Assembly (NCBI GenBank): GCA_963514005.1
Contig: OY740781.1
Coordinates: 164,114,001 to 164,178,000 of the forward strand
Direction of reading: 5' to 3'
DNA: 64,000 nt
Source of the DNA: Raja brachyura
Taxonomy: Eukaryota
The notes beneath the pieces were generated by a model that saw nothing but the letters and a program-made list of their open reading frames with translations, was not told the DNA's origin and made no database searches. Of this stretch, positions 49,491 through 62,600 are shown piece by piece (positions within the stretch are counted from its first letter, which is position 1; the number at the start of each line of letters is the position of its first letter). Made by a program: the position numbers and the translations under genes.

Positions 49491-50473
49491 TGAAATATTG
49501 TCTCAGCGCAAACTGTGTGGTTGCTAGTACTACCATGGACAGTTGTATCTGCTACAAGAGGTTGGTGAGGATCAGCTATGTCTTTCAGGTCTTGGCGTGG
49601 CCGGCCTGTGGTTCTGCCACCAAGCTACTCCTGGTAATCAATATGGAAGTCCCCACCCCGAGCGCGTTCTGTGCTCCAGCTTCTTCCAAGTGAGGGTCAA
49701 TGTGAGGAGCACAGATTTATCAGCTGAAGGAGAAGGGTGGGTGGTATACAGGAGAAGACTTTCATTCCTTTGTTTGACCTGGTGTCACCAGGCATTATGG
49801 ATGCTGGAGTCATTGTTGAGGATTTCCAGTGTTATTCTTCCCTACTCCTATATGTTACCCCATTTCAGGAGCCCCTATCCTAACAGTGTGTTAGGACCTA
49901 CTCAGGAATAACCAGAATAACCAGGAATAACCATTCTTTTTAGTCCTCCAAAATTAATTAGCCAGCAAATTAAGGGTGTGGATAAATGTTGACCTTACCT
50001 GCAATGTTCATATCCCTTGAAAGAATAAAAAGACCAAACATCCACAATATTATAAAAATCTATCTGGTAATTTTAATAGATGAATTACAATTTTGCTTTA
50101 TGTTTCAAGAGCATTTAATTTCAAGGCAAATTGTACAAATCTAGGTGATTTGTGCATTCAGATTCAGATTCAATTTTAATTGTCATTGTCAGTGTACAGT
50201 ACAGAGGCAACAAAATGCATTATAAATAAAACATATCATTCAGAAAATAACATTTCTTGAGGCATAAATCAAAATGGTCATTTCTATATATTAAAATTAC
50301 CAGACAGACTATTATTTTCTTTGTTCAAAGTAAAGTGGCCAGTTAAATCACTGAGTGATTGAGTGATTAAGTTACAAAGGAATCATCAAAGCTGTGATCA
50401 GTTGAATGTATTTGTGAAGCTATTGCATTGCAGGGCTGTGGCACGATGCATTATTGCCACAAGCAACTACTAA

Positions 50474-51061
50474 AGGGCCTGTCCCACCAGCATGCAACTC
50501 TATGCGATGAACGCGATCAAACCGGCAGCGGGGGCCGCGCGGAGGTCGGGTGATCCCCTGTACAGGGCCGTTCCCACCAGCATGCGCCTGCATGCGGCAA
50601 GCGCAACTAAACCGGCAGCGAGGGCCGCGCAGAGGTTGGGTGAGTGGCGCAACGCGGCGCAAAGCGAGGCGAACTTGAAGCAAGTCCAAGGTAAGTTCGC
50701 CAGGACTTAGAAGGGCACACAGAGAGGGGCACCGAGACACACACACATACAGGGCCACGGAGCCACACACATAGAGGGTCACGGAGGCACTTACAAATAG
50801 GTTCACGGAGGCACGATGTCCGGGCGGTGTGTAAATGTCGAGGCGACTGCGAGCCGACAAGTCGTTGCCGCGCGGGATTTTTGGACATAGTCGGTTTTTC
50901 GGAGCCCCGCGCGGTGTCGGGACGAACTTGGGACGAACTCTGCACAATTCCGCGTGGCTCCGGCGATCGAAGTGGGACCGGCCCCGCGACGCCGGACGGC
51001 TCAAGCGACCACGTTAGGTCGCGCTAGTCGAATAGAGTTGCATGCTGGTGGGACAGGCCCT
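50474..51061. mobile_element. CpG-rich PIF/Harbinger-type MITE
   Basis: 30-bp perfect TIR AGGGCCTGTCCCACCAGCATGCAACTCTAT; TAA TSD (50471-73, 51062-64). Confidence 0.88.
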
Positions 51062-51445
51062 TAAGGTTATCCATTCTTTTTTGTCGGGATGCTGCAGTTA
51101 CCTTGATAAATATCCCGATCTTCACATTTATCTGAGTGATTGATCAAAACATGAAAGCAGCGAGTGGTTGATATTCTCAACCTTTCCCCCTGATGACTGC
51201 GCACCATTACTTGTCTGATCAGTGTGCCTTTATCCTTCTTGTCAGTCTGTCTTTGGCATCAAAAGCTGCGACAGACAAGTCATCTGACATCAATTTGATG
51301 ATCGGATTTAGTGACTGTAAAAACATTCCAGTTCAGATCCCAAAGATATTGTCGAGCGCAGCAATGAGCCGGATGCAGTCAGGACTGCCCGATCTCAGCG
51401 AGATTGAATCCAGTGCCACCAGATAGTGGAGGAGAAAGAGTCTGG

Positions 51446-51541
51446 GTGAAGAAGGGTCTCGACCCGAAACGTCGCCTATCTCCTTCGCCCCTTAGATGCT
51501 GCTGCACCCGCTGAGGTTCTCCAGCTTTTTGTGTAACCCCC
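51446..51541 (+). mobile_element. Penelope terminal module (near-identical twin at 55606-55701)
   Basis: TGAAGAAGGGTCTCGACCCGAAACGTCGCCTATC...TGTGTAACCCC in both, 2 differences. Confidence 0.85.
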
Positions 51542-51639
51542 AGTGGAGGAGTAAGGTTAGTTTGGGTTTCCTGTTTCTGATCATTATCTTGTGAATATTC
51601 TTGATTAGTACGAGTGTCAGGGGTTAGAGGGAGAAACAT

Positions 51640-51975
51640 AAATAGAAACATAGAAAATAGATGCAGGAGTTTCGAGCCAGCACCGCCATTCAATATGATC
51701 ATGGCTGATCATCCAAAATCAGTAACCTGTTACTGCTTTCTCCCCATATCCCTTGATTCCGTTAGCCCTAAGAGCTATATCTAACTCTCTCTTGAAAACA
51801 TCCAGTGAATTGGTCTCCACTGCCTTCCATAGATTCACAACACTATGGGTGAAAAAAAGGTTCCTCATCTCAGTCCTAAATGGCCTACCCCTTATTCTTA
51901 AACTTAATTCTGGACTCCCCCAACATCGGGAACATTTTTTCTGCATCTAGCCTGTCCAATCTCTTGAGAATTTTA
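51640..51975 (-). mobile_element. CR1 3' fragment, followed by a V-SINE head (51978-52105, minus)
   Basis: RIRGRPFRTEMR...GYGEKAVTGY. Confidence 0.85.
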
Positions 51976-52171
51976 GACCCAGAAAAAACCCACGTGGTCA
52001 CAGGGAGAACGTACAGACTGTGTACAGACAGCACCCGTAGTCAGGATCGAACCCGGATCTCTGGCGCTGTAAGGCAGCAACTCTACCGCTGCACCACTGT
52101 GCCATCCTTAGAATGCTGGAGTAACTCAGCAGGTCATGCAGCATCTCTGGAGAAAACGTATGGGTGACGTT

Positions 52172-53027
52172 TGCGATGGCACTGTTACTGGCTGCCTCTG
52201 CCCACAGTCTGGTTGTCTTTTTGTTTTTTGGAATGTTTAAAGTATGTTTTGTTTTTTTTTTCCTGTATTTTATGTGGGGGGAAGAGGGTAGGCTAAGGTG
52301 GAACCGTCCTTCAGTCACTTCCCGATGATGCGACTATTATCTGAGTCGCGCCCTCGCCCCCCTCCTCGCGGCCTACTAACTGGATTGGCGCGGCCTTTCC
52401 TCCCGTACCGGACCAGAGCTTCAGCAGCTGCGACGCTGCACTCGATACATCGCGGAGCGGGCGAGGCCTTACCTGGGATCGCCGCTTGGAACACCGGAGT
52501 GCCGGGCCGCTGCTCCAACATCGCGGAGCTGTGGGTGCGGAGCTCCCAACGCGGGTGGCGCTGACCTCAACATCGCGGTCCTGGGACCCTTTGCCAGGGG
52601 TCACCAGCATGAATCCCCACCCAGCGCAGCCTGTAGACATCGGGAGCCGCGGACTCCGGTGGAAGGTGGCCGATTCAGGCCGCTGAGGATGTTCTCCCGT
52701 TCGACATCGGGGTTCCATCGTTCCCGGCGAGAGGGCCTGAACATCGGGTCACCCGTAGCGGCGACTACGGGATACTCGGGAGGCCCCGACCACGGGTGAA
52801 CATTGGGGAACATCGGTGAGGAGGTTGACTGGACTTTGGTTCCTTCCCTCACAGTGGGGAACTTTGGTGATGCTGCTGTGGGGATGTTTGTGTTGTGGAC
52901 CACTGTGTTCTGTGTTTTTGTGTTTTTTTTTAATTTTTTTGTATGACTAAGGGAAAAATAATTTTGTTGACTCTTAATTGAAGACAATGACAATAAATTA
53001 AATTAAATCAAATCAAATCAAATCAAA
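52172..53027 (+). mobile_element. GC-rich non-autonomous element with Rex1-type 3' end, inserted into a Penelope hammerhead module
   Basis: GACAATAAA plus (AAATC)n tail; host module split GTGACGTTT | TTCGGGAAGGGATCCTTCTTCAG; related partial copy at 56043-56517. Confidence 0.6.
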
Positions 53028-53028
53028 A

Positions 53029-53375
53029 TTCGGGAAGGGATCCTTCTTCAGACTGAACGTGGAGGGATGTGAATTAGAGGTAAGTAAAGTCCAGAACAAA
53101 GCAGGGCCGGCAACAGATGACCAATGAAGGGTGGAGCCCACAATAGCCCATTGTTGGCTGGGGAAGAGGTGATAACAAAAGGATACAAGAAAGCGAACAG
53201 TGCAACTAGTAGGATGGCGAGGGTAGGGGAGGGGGGGGGGGGGGGGAGAGGGGGAATGCAGGTATTACTTGAAATTAGAGAATCAATATTCATACTGTTG
53301 GGTTGTAAGGTGTCCAAGTGAAATATGCAATGAAGTTCCTCCATTTTGCATGTGACCTCACACTGACAGTGATAA
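53029..53375 (-). mobile_element. Penelope ORF end, 3' UTR and terminal module
   Basis: HCQCEVTCKMEELHCIFHLDTLQPNSMNID matches the Penelope C-terminus seen near 1940-2040. Confidence 0.8.
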
Positions 53376-53689
53376 GACACTCTTTCCTCTTGAACTGCTT
53401 CCAGAAAGGAGGCAACACAGAGCAGAGCTGAAATTTGTCAATATTTATAAAGAAAGCTGGAAAGATCGCAGAGAAAAATTTACAAAAATTTTGCTAGGAT
53501 TTGAGGGCCTGAAATTTAGGGAGAGGTTGGGTAGGCTAGGACTTTATTCCTTGGAGCGCACAGGATGAGGGGTGATCTTGCAGAGGTGTATAAGACCATG
53601 AGGGGAATTGATAGAGTTAATGCATAGTCTTTTGCCCTATGTTGGGAAATCAAGAACCAGGGGACACACTTTGAAGGTGAGGGGGAAAA

Positions 53690-54277
53690 GGTCCCTCAAC
53701 ACCTCCAAGCTGATCAAAAAGGCGCAGCAGCACCTTTACTTCCTGAGGGAGATCAAAAAAGCTCACCTGTCCCCCCAGATCCTGACTAACTTTTACCGCT
53801 GTACCATCGAAAGCATCCTGACCACCTGCTTTACGGTATGGTACAGCAGTTGCGCCGTGGCAGATAGGAAGGCACTACAACGGGTGGTGAAAACCGCCCA
53901 GTACATCATCGGTGCCCCGCTCCCTGCCATGGATGCCCTCCACCGAAAACGGTGTCTGAGACGGGCCGGGAAGATCATCAAAGACCCCTCCCACCCTAAC
54001 CATGGATTGTTTGCCCTCCTACCATCAGGGAAGCGGTACAGGAGCCTCAGGTCCCGCACTAGTAGGATGAGCTTCTACAACAACACCATCACACTGCTGA
54101 ACTCGGAGTCCCGCCGATAGATTTCTCCAGTCTCTCCGTTCATATTGTCTGCATTCTGTATTTATTTCTATATTGCTATTACTACTAACTGACGCTAAAC
54201 TGCATTTCGTTGTACCCATACTTGTATCTGTGCAATGACATTAAAGTTGAATTGAATTGAACTGAATTGAATTGAAT
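53690..54277 (+). mobile_element. Young Rex1/Babar 3' fragment nested in a CR1 (53440-54515)
   Basis: KKAQQHLYFLR...NFYRCTIESILT...LPSGKRYRS; (AATTG)n tail. Confidence 0.9.
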
Positions 54278-54832
54278 TTAAAATGAACCTGAGAGGCAAC
54301 TTTTTTACACAGAGGTTTGTGGTTATAGGGAATGAGCTGACAGACGTGGCAGTTGAGGTAGAAAGTATAACAACATTCAAAAGGAATTTGGACAGGTACA
54401 TAAATAGGAAATGTTTCGAGGATATGGGCCAAATGCAGGCACGTGGCACAAATGTAGATTGGGCATCTTGGCTAGCACGGGTAAGTTGGGCCGAAGATTG
54501 TTGTGCTGTCTGACTCTTTGAGGGAAAATCAAGTTGTTTTTTTCAATGAAAGAATATTGTCAACACATCATTAACCTGCATTGCAAATAAGCCATTGAAA
54601 TCCTAGTATTCAAAAACAGAATTCAGATACACTTTGTTGGTTAGAATTATGACGGATATCCATGATAGTACTACTCAAAATTCCATTGCCAATTCTATGT
54701 AAAGTCTACAACTAGTCTCTCTAATTTTAGATTGTAATAGGTTAGATGAATCTATTGTCACATCCACTAAGTGCAATGAAATCCCTTGTGCACATGAAGT
54801 TCATAGAGCATTATATGTTCTTCTGTTAGCGA

Positions 54833-55160
54833 GGGCACGGTGGAGGAGTAGTAGAGTTGCTGCCTTGTAGCGCTTTCAACTCCAGAGGCCCGGGTTCAAT
54901 CCCAACTACGGGTGCTGTCTGTACGGAGTTTGTATGTTTTCCCTGTGACCACGTGGGTTTTCTGCGAGATCTTCAGTTTCCTCCAACACTCCAAAGATGT
55001 ACAGGTTTGTAGGTTAATTGACTTGGTATAAATGTGAATTTCCCTGGTGTGTGTCGGATAGTGTTCATGTATGGGGATCACTGGTCAGTGAGGACTCGAT
55101 GGGCTGAAGGGCCTGATTCCGCGTTGTATCTCCAAACTAAACTAAACTAAACTAAACTAA
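54833..55160 (+). mobile_element. V-SINE (HE1-like)
   Basis: Head, V-domain, CR1 tail, (CTAAA)n. Confidence 0.87.
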
Positions 55161-57769
55161 AGCACACATACACATCATAAAGATGGACCCTTTGGCCCAC
55201 GATATCTGTGCAAAATGTGATCTTCTCTAACTGCACGTGATCCATATCTTTCCATTCCCTGAACATCCTTGTGCCTATCTAAAAGCCTCTTAAATATCAC
55301 TGTCGTGTCTACTTCCTCTACCACCCCTGGCAGCGTGTTTCAGACACCCACCACTCTGTGTAAAATACTTGGCCCACACATCTCCTTTAAACTTTCCCCA
55401 TTAAACCTTGGATGATTAGATTCAGGGCTTTTTACTTCTCAAAGTCCATTTTGATCAGAATCATGCCATTTTAGATAAATCGCATTCCATCAAGTGGCCA
55501 TTGCATTTTCTCAATAAAACCAAATGACAAAAAATCGCGTGATTTTTGGGAAAAGCCTAGTTTCAATATTTTCAATATCAAAAGATCCAACCCGCAGGCA
55601 CTAATTTGAAGAAGGGTCTCGACCCGAAACGTCGCCTATCTCCTTCGCTCCTTAGATGCTGCTGCACCCGCTGAGTTTCTCCAGCTTTTTGTGTAACCCC
55701 CTGAGCAATTTTAAGGGTTATTCTATTGTAATCATGTACAAGTAGTTCTGCTATAATGCATGTCTTTGTAATGCTAATGGGATATAACATGACTGAAGAA
55801 TTAGAAAACACTATTTGTTTTATGCGGGCCAAATTGGAGACAGCATGATTTCAACTGGGAACTTGACAACCAGTTAAAAATTAAGAAGGATATTGACAAG
55901 CAGAAAAAAAAAGCTGTCTTGGCAAACTGTCCATGCAAAAAAAAAAAGTTTCCATAGACTCCAGTGTATTTTAAGAACACAGATGCTAAGTTTCATTATG
56001 TAGGGAGGAACCGCAGATGCTGGTTTTAACCGAAGATAGACATGAAATGACATGACCACAGGCCCGGTGGATTCGGCTGTGGGCCCAGTGGACGACATCA
56101 TCGGGAGCTTGCAGCTTACAGGTTGGTGACCTGTTTTTATGAGCTCCCGCAACAACAACTTCGTCCGCTGGTCTGGAGGGCGGCAGCTTCGACCACCTCG
56201 GGCCGCGTAGTTGAACCGGCCCGTTCGTGGAGTTCGTTTAAACCGTGGGACTGACATCACCCGGTGGGGTCACAACATCTGAAGCCTGGATCGACTCGGC
56301 GCAGAGGGAAACAAAGAGGGAAGAGACAGAGACTTTAAGACTTTGTCTTCCATCACTGTGAGGAGGTGTTTGGTGAACTCACTGTGGTGGATGTTAAATT
56401 TGTGTTTATTGTGTGTTCTGTCATTAAAAAAAAAAAAATTATATGTATGACTGCAGGGGAACGAAATTTCGTTCAGACCGAAAGGTCTGAATGACAAATA
56501 AAGAATCTAATCTAATCAAAAAAATTTGAGAGTAACTCAACGAGACAGGTATCTCTGGAGAGAAGGAATGGGTGATCCACTCCTTCGAATCAAGACCTTT
56601 CTTTGGAAGAAGACCCTCTGAAGAAGGGTCTTGACCCAAAACGTCATCCATTCCTTCTATCCAGAGATGCTGCCTGACCGCTGAGTTACTCCAGCATTTT
56701 GTGTCTATCTTCTAGTTTCACCATTAGTGGCCATGGAAATCGACAGGCAATCGTTTCCATTCACAATCGTGGTATGACACCCTGTTCAACAATGTAACAC
56801 ACAGCCTTTAGTATTTTTAGCTTACAGTCACAAAAATATACTGATAGCTCTTAAAAAGACCATTATCTCTGAAAATCCTGCAAGTAAAATAACTTTGTTA
56901 TTGAGAGTCCAAAATTCTCTTAGCTCCTAATCCCCTTTTCTCCATTGTCACAATTATTTCCATAGAACAATTTTGTACAACGTGAAGTTTCTTTGGAACA
57001 CAACTGTCATGTTATAAGCAGAACCTGTAATCATGAAACCTTCAGACAGAGGCTTATATTAACTTCATAAGGTCATAAGGAATAGGAGTAGAATTAGGCC
57101 ATTCGGCCCATTAAGTCTACTCCGCAATGCAATCATGGCTGATCTATGTCTCCCTCCTAACCCCATATACCTACCTTCTCCCCATAACCTCTGACACCTG
57201 TACTTAACATAAATCTATCTATCTCTGCCTTAAAAATCTGCAATCTACATAACAAGCAAATGAGACTGAAGAAGGGCCTTGACCCGAAACATTGCCAAAC
57301 CACGTCCTCCAGAGATGCTGCCAGATCCATTGAGTTACTCCACTACTTTGTGTTCTATGCAGGAATTCAGCAACTGCAGTTTCTTGCATCTACATAATAG
57401 GTGATTTGTGAAGGAATAAATTCTTCCATAACATAATAATCAAAAAACTGCATTTGAACATTTTTTACACATTTGCATAATGTTAATAGTACAAGAATAA
57501 AAATTAATGCAATTGCAATAATTTAATAAAACAGATTGGGGAGAAATATATATTGTCATTATCGATAATAAACTAAAAGTGAAGAAATAAAAGTAGGCCA
57601 TTGCCTCATTTAGGTCTCCTCTGTTATTCAATAAGATGTCGGGTTATCCTGAAACTCATATCCATTATTTCATCTGATCACAATATTCCCTGGTTTCCTC
57701 GGTAACCGAAAATCAGTCTTGAATATATTTAGACTGTAAGGATGTGCAGCGCATTTGGAAATAGTTTGG

Positions 57770-58200
57770 TAACACAAGAGACTGCAGATACCATAATCTG
57801 GAGCAAAAAAACAAACTGGTGTGTGAACTCAGCAGGTCAAGCAGCATCTGTGGAGGCTGAGAGACAGGTGGAACCCATTGGAGGTTGGAGAGGAGGCTCA
57901 GTAAGTATAGTGTGTGGGTGTGAGGCAAGCAGAACCAGGTGAGGGAGGGGAGAAGCTGGGTGGTTCATAAAGTGGGAGTGCGGGTTACCCTTACATTGGA
58001 AAATTCGATGTACGTACCATTGAGTTGTGGACCGCCCAGGTGTTGATGAGAATATGAGTAGTTGCTCCTCAAGCTTGTGTTTGGCCTCACCCTGGCAGTG
58101 GGGAAGGCAACAGAGGGCACATTAGTGTTGGAATAGAAATTAGAGATACTGTAAAATGGCATGCAACCGGTCAGGATGGCCTTGCTGACAGAACAGTTTC
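57770..58200 (-). mobile_element. Old Penelope 3' fragment
   Basis: Minus strand HCQGEAKHKLEEQLL-like C-terminus plus module remnant. Confidence 0.65.
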
Positions 58201-58766
58201 CTTGGTTCTCACATTTCATCATTTCGAGCCTTTGCATCTAAGATAAAAGTCAAAAGTATTTTTAGGTCATATGCATCGGATATGAACTGTGACAAAGAAC
58301 GCCTCTCTTGCTGCAGCTTTACAGGCACAATCAACACAACTACAACAATATGTGTACAACAAATTATAATTTATCATAAGTAAGCTGAACCATGATTGTG
58401 CAAAAAAAAACAAAGTACCTAGAGCAACCAAAATAGTACAAAGTCTGTAGTGGTTCGGTGGGGTGGAGTTGGTTGCGGTAGGGTTGTGGTTAGAGTGGTG
58501 CTGGGTGGGTCAAGAACCTGATGGTCTTGAAACTGGAGGAAATGGTTTTCAGGCTCCTGTACCTTCTTCCTGATGCTGGCAGCGAGAAGTGAGCGTGGCC
58601 AAGGTGGTGCGGGTTTTTGATGATATCAGCTGGCTTCACAAAACAGCACATCCCGTAGGTATCTTTGATGATGGGGAGCTTAGTATCAGTGACTGGGCAT
58701 TGTCCAGCCTTCCTCGTTCTTGAGCCTTTGAATTTACGAACCAAGGGGTGATGCAACCAGTCAGTA

Positions 58767-59106
58767 GGGGGGCGGCACGGTGGCGCAGCGGTAGAGTTAC
58801 TGCCTTACAGAGCTCGCAGCACCGGAGACCTGGGTTCGATCCCAACTATGGGTGCTGCCTGTACGGAGTTTGTACGTTCTCCCCGTGACCACGTGGGTTT
58901 TCTCTGAGATCTTCGGTTTCCTCCTTGACTCTTGACCCCAAAGACATACAGGTTTGTAGGTTAATTAGCTTGGGTTTGTATCCTTGGTATAAGTGTAAAT
59001 TGTCCCTAGTGTGTGTAGGCTTGTGTTAACGTGCGAGAATTGCTGGTCGGTGCAGACTCGGTGGGCCGAAGGGCCCGTTTCCGTGCTGTATCTCTAAAAA
59101 ACTAAG
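58767..59106 (+). mobile_element. Full-length V-SINE, inserted in a minus-strand Rex1 fragment (58250-59170)
   Basis: A box TGGCGCAGCGG, B box GGTTCGATCCC, V-domain, CR1 tail. Confidence 0.9.
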
Positions 59107-59669
59107 GTGTGCTGTCCACTGTGTACTTGTGGAGGTTCAATGGAGTACTCACCTCAAGCTTCAGAGGAACTAGAGGCGTTGCAGCACGTCACCCTTCATC
59201 AATTCCTCCAGCTGTAATGAGATCTCACTACCATTCTTATCTTCTATCCCCACGCATTCCTGCTTTCTACAGATACCACTCACTCCATTAATCTCTGATT
59301 CACTCATCCCTATCTACCCTACCAGCTAAATTGAACTGGCAAACTAGGTTAAGGGATCAGTCAATCGAGATGCCGTTGCAGACATTTAAGGAGTGTTTTG
59401 GCAACCACTGAATAGTTGCATTCTAACAAGTTAAAAATATTCCAATTATCGTCCACGGTTTACTTAAGCTTAAAGGGAAATGTTGTTATTACACAAAAAT
59501 AGGTGGCAGGACAGAAGATTGGACAGAATATCAAAAAATGCAAAGAATGACTGAACAGTAAGAATAGAAAAATTAGGAGGTAAAACAAGCTGGAAAAGTG
59601 ATAGTAGATGTATTTCTATTGATTTCACAATGTGATCATTGGTTCTGTAAGAAATTGAGTCTGGGGAAT

Positions 59670-62600
59670 GAATAAGCTGAACGGACTACCAGAACAAGCC
59701 AAAGTATTAGTCATTAGGGACCTGGATGAACTGGATAAACACCTAGGTGACAACCCACAACAAGGTAATGGAATACACTCAGTAGCAAATAAAGAATATA
59801 TAAAATAAAAACCACAACCATGATAATTCCTGACAAAAAATATATATCTCTATCGGGACTAGGAACCTTTGCATATCCAGAGCATAACACACATGACATA
59901 GAAAATTATATTGATCCGGAAAATCACTTACTTAACAATATCAACAACAGCTGCAGTTATTACACAGATGAGCAATTCAATATAACGTTCCAATCAGAAC
60001 ATATCACCATATAACATATCACAGTTACAGCACGGAAACAGGCCCTCTCGGCCCTTCCAGTCCGTGCCGAACATTTATTTTCCCCTAGTCCCATCTACGT
60101 GCACTCAGACCATACCCCTCCATTCCCTTTCCATCCATATACCTATGCACTTTACTTTTAAATGTTAAAATCGATCCTGCCTCCACCACTTCTGCTGGAA
60201 GCTCATTCCACACAGCCACCACTCTCTGAGTAAAGATGTTCCCCCTCATGTTACCCCTAAACTTCTGTCCCTTAATTCTCATGTCATGCCCTCTTCTTTG
60301 AATCTTCCCTACCCTCAATGGGAAAAGCTTATCCACGTCAACTCTGTCTATCCCTTTCATCATTTTAAAGACCTCAATCAAGTCCCCCCTTAACCTTCTG
60401 CGCTCCAAAGAACAAAGACTTAACTTGTTCAACCTTTCTCTGTAACATAGTTGCTGGAACCCAGGCAACATTCTAGTAAATCTCCTCTGTACTCTCTCTA
60501 TTTTGTTGACATCCTTCCTATAATTAGGCGACCAAAATTGTACACCATACTCCAGAATTGGTCTCACCAATGCCTTGTACAATTTTAGCATTACTTCCCT
60601 ACTCCTATATTCAATGCTCTGATTTATAAAGGCCAGCACACCAAAAGCTTTCTTTACCACCCTATGCATGCGATTCCATCTTCAGGGAACTATGCACAGT
60701 TATTCCTAGATCCCTCTGATCCACAGTATTCCTCAATTCCCTACCATTTACCATGTACGCCCTATTTTGATTTGTCCTGCCAAGATGTAGCACCTCACAC
60801 TTATCAGCATTAAACTCCATCTGCCATCTTTCAGCCCACTCTTCCAAATGTCCCAAATCTCTCTGTAGACTTTGAAAATCTACTTCATTAGCTACGACAC
60901 CACCTATCTTAGTACCATCTGCATTCTTACTTATCCAATTTTCCACCCCATCATCCAGATTATTGATGTACATGACAAACAACAGTGGACCCAACACAGA
61001 TCCCTGAGGCACCCCACTGGTCACCGGCTTCCAAACTGACAAACAGCCATCTACCATTACTCTCTGGCATCTCCCATTCAGCCACTGTTGAATCCATCTT
61101 GCTACTCCGCCATTAACACCCAAAGATTAAACCTTCATAACCAACCTTCCATGGGGAACCTTGTCAAAGGCCTTACTGAAATCCATATAGACAACATCCA
61201 CTGCTTTACCCTCATCAATTTCCCTAGTAACCTCTTCAAAAAATTCAAGAAGGTTTGTCAAACATGACCTTCCAGGCACAAATCCATGTCGACTGTTCCT
61301 GATCAGACCCTGTTTATCCAAATGCTTATATATATTATCTCTAAGTATCCTTTCAAATAATTTGCCCACCATTGACGTCAAACTAACAGGTCTATAATTG
61401 CTAGGTTTATTCTTTGAACCCTTTTTAAACAATGGAACAACATGTGCAGTACGCCAATCCTCCGGCACTATTCCCGTTTCGAATGACATTTGAAATATTT
61501 CTGTCATAGCCCCTGCTATTTCTCCACTAACTTCCCTCAATGTCCTAGGGAATATCCTGTCAGGAACAAGAGACTTATCCACTTTTATATTTTTCAAAAG
61601 TGTCAGTGCTTCCTCCTCTTTGAATCGCATAGTTTCCATAGCTACTCTACTTTTTTCCTTCTCAATATCCTTCTCCTTGGTGAATACCGAAGAAAATAAA
61701 TTGTTCAATATCTCCCCCATCTCTCTAATGGTCCAATTTTATCCCTCATTATCCTTTTGCTATTAATATAGCTGTAGAAACCCTTTGGATTTACTTTCAC
61801 CTTTCTTGCCAAAGCAACCTCATATCTTCTTTTAGCTTTTCTAATTTCTTTCTTAAGATTCTTTTAACACTCTTTATACTCCGCTAGCTCCTCATTTACT
61901 CCATGCCTCCTATAATAATTGTAGATATCTCTCTTTTTTCGAACCAAGTGTCGAATTTCCCTTGAAAACCATGGCTCTTTCCAATTTTTACTATTTCCTT
62001 TCAACCGAACAGGGACATAAAGATTCTGTACTCTTACAATTTCCCCTTTAAATGTCCTCCATTTCTCTTCTACATCCTTCCCATAAAACAAAATGTCCCA
62101 ATTCACTCCTTTTAAATCCTTACGCATTCCCTCAAAGTTAGCCTTTCTCCAATCAAAAATCTCAACCCTAGGTCCAGTTCTGACCCTCTCCATAATTATA
62201 TTGAAACTAATGGTATTGTGATCACTGGTCCCGAAGTGCTCACCAACGCATACCTCCGTAACCTGACCTGCCTCATTTCCTAACAGGAGGTCCAGCACTG
62301 CCCCTTCTCTGGTCGATACCTCTATGTATTGCTGCAAAAAACTATCCTGCACATATTTTACAAACTCCAAACCATCCAGCCCATTTACAGAATGTGTTTC
62401 CCAGTCTATTTTTGGAAAATTGAAATCTCCCACAATCACTACCTTGTGCTTACTACTAATATCTGCTACATATTTGCTCTTCCAATTCTTGCTCCCCATT
62501 TGGCGGTCTATAATACACCCCTAAAAGTGTAGCTACACCGTTCCCACTTCTCAGTTCCACCCAAATAGCCTCCCTAGATGAGCCTTCTAATCTATCCTGC

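Noticed and set aside
50420-52993. GC-rich ORFs and CpG-island-like patches as a promoter or gene
   Set aside because: They lie inside a TIR/TSD-bounded MITE and a tailed non-autonomous retroelement; stop-poor because of GC content
58767-58850. tRNA gene
   Set aside because: A/B boxes belong to a SINE head continuing into V-domain and CR1 tail; no proper cloverleaf
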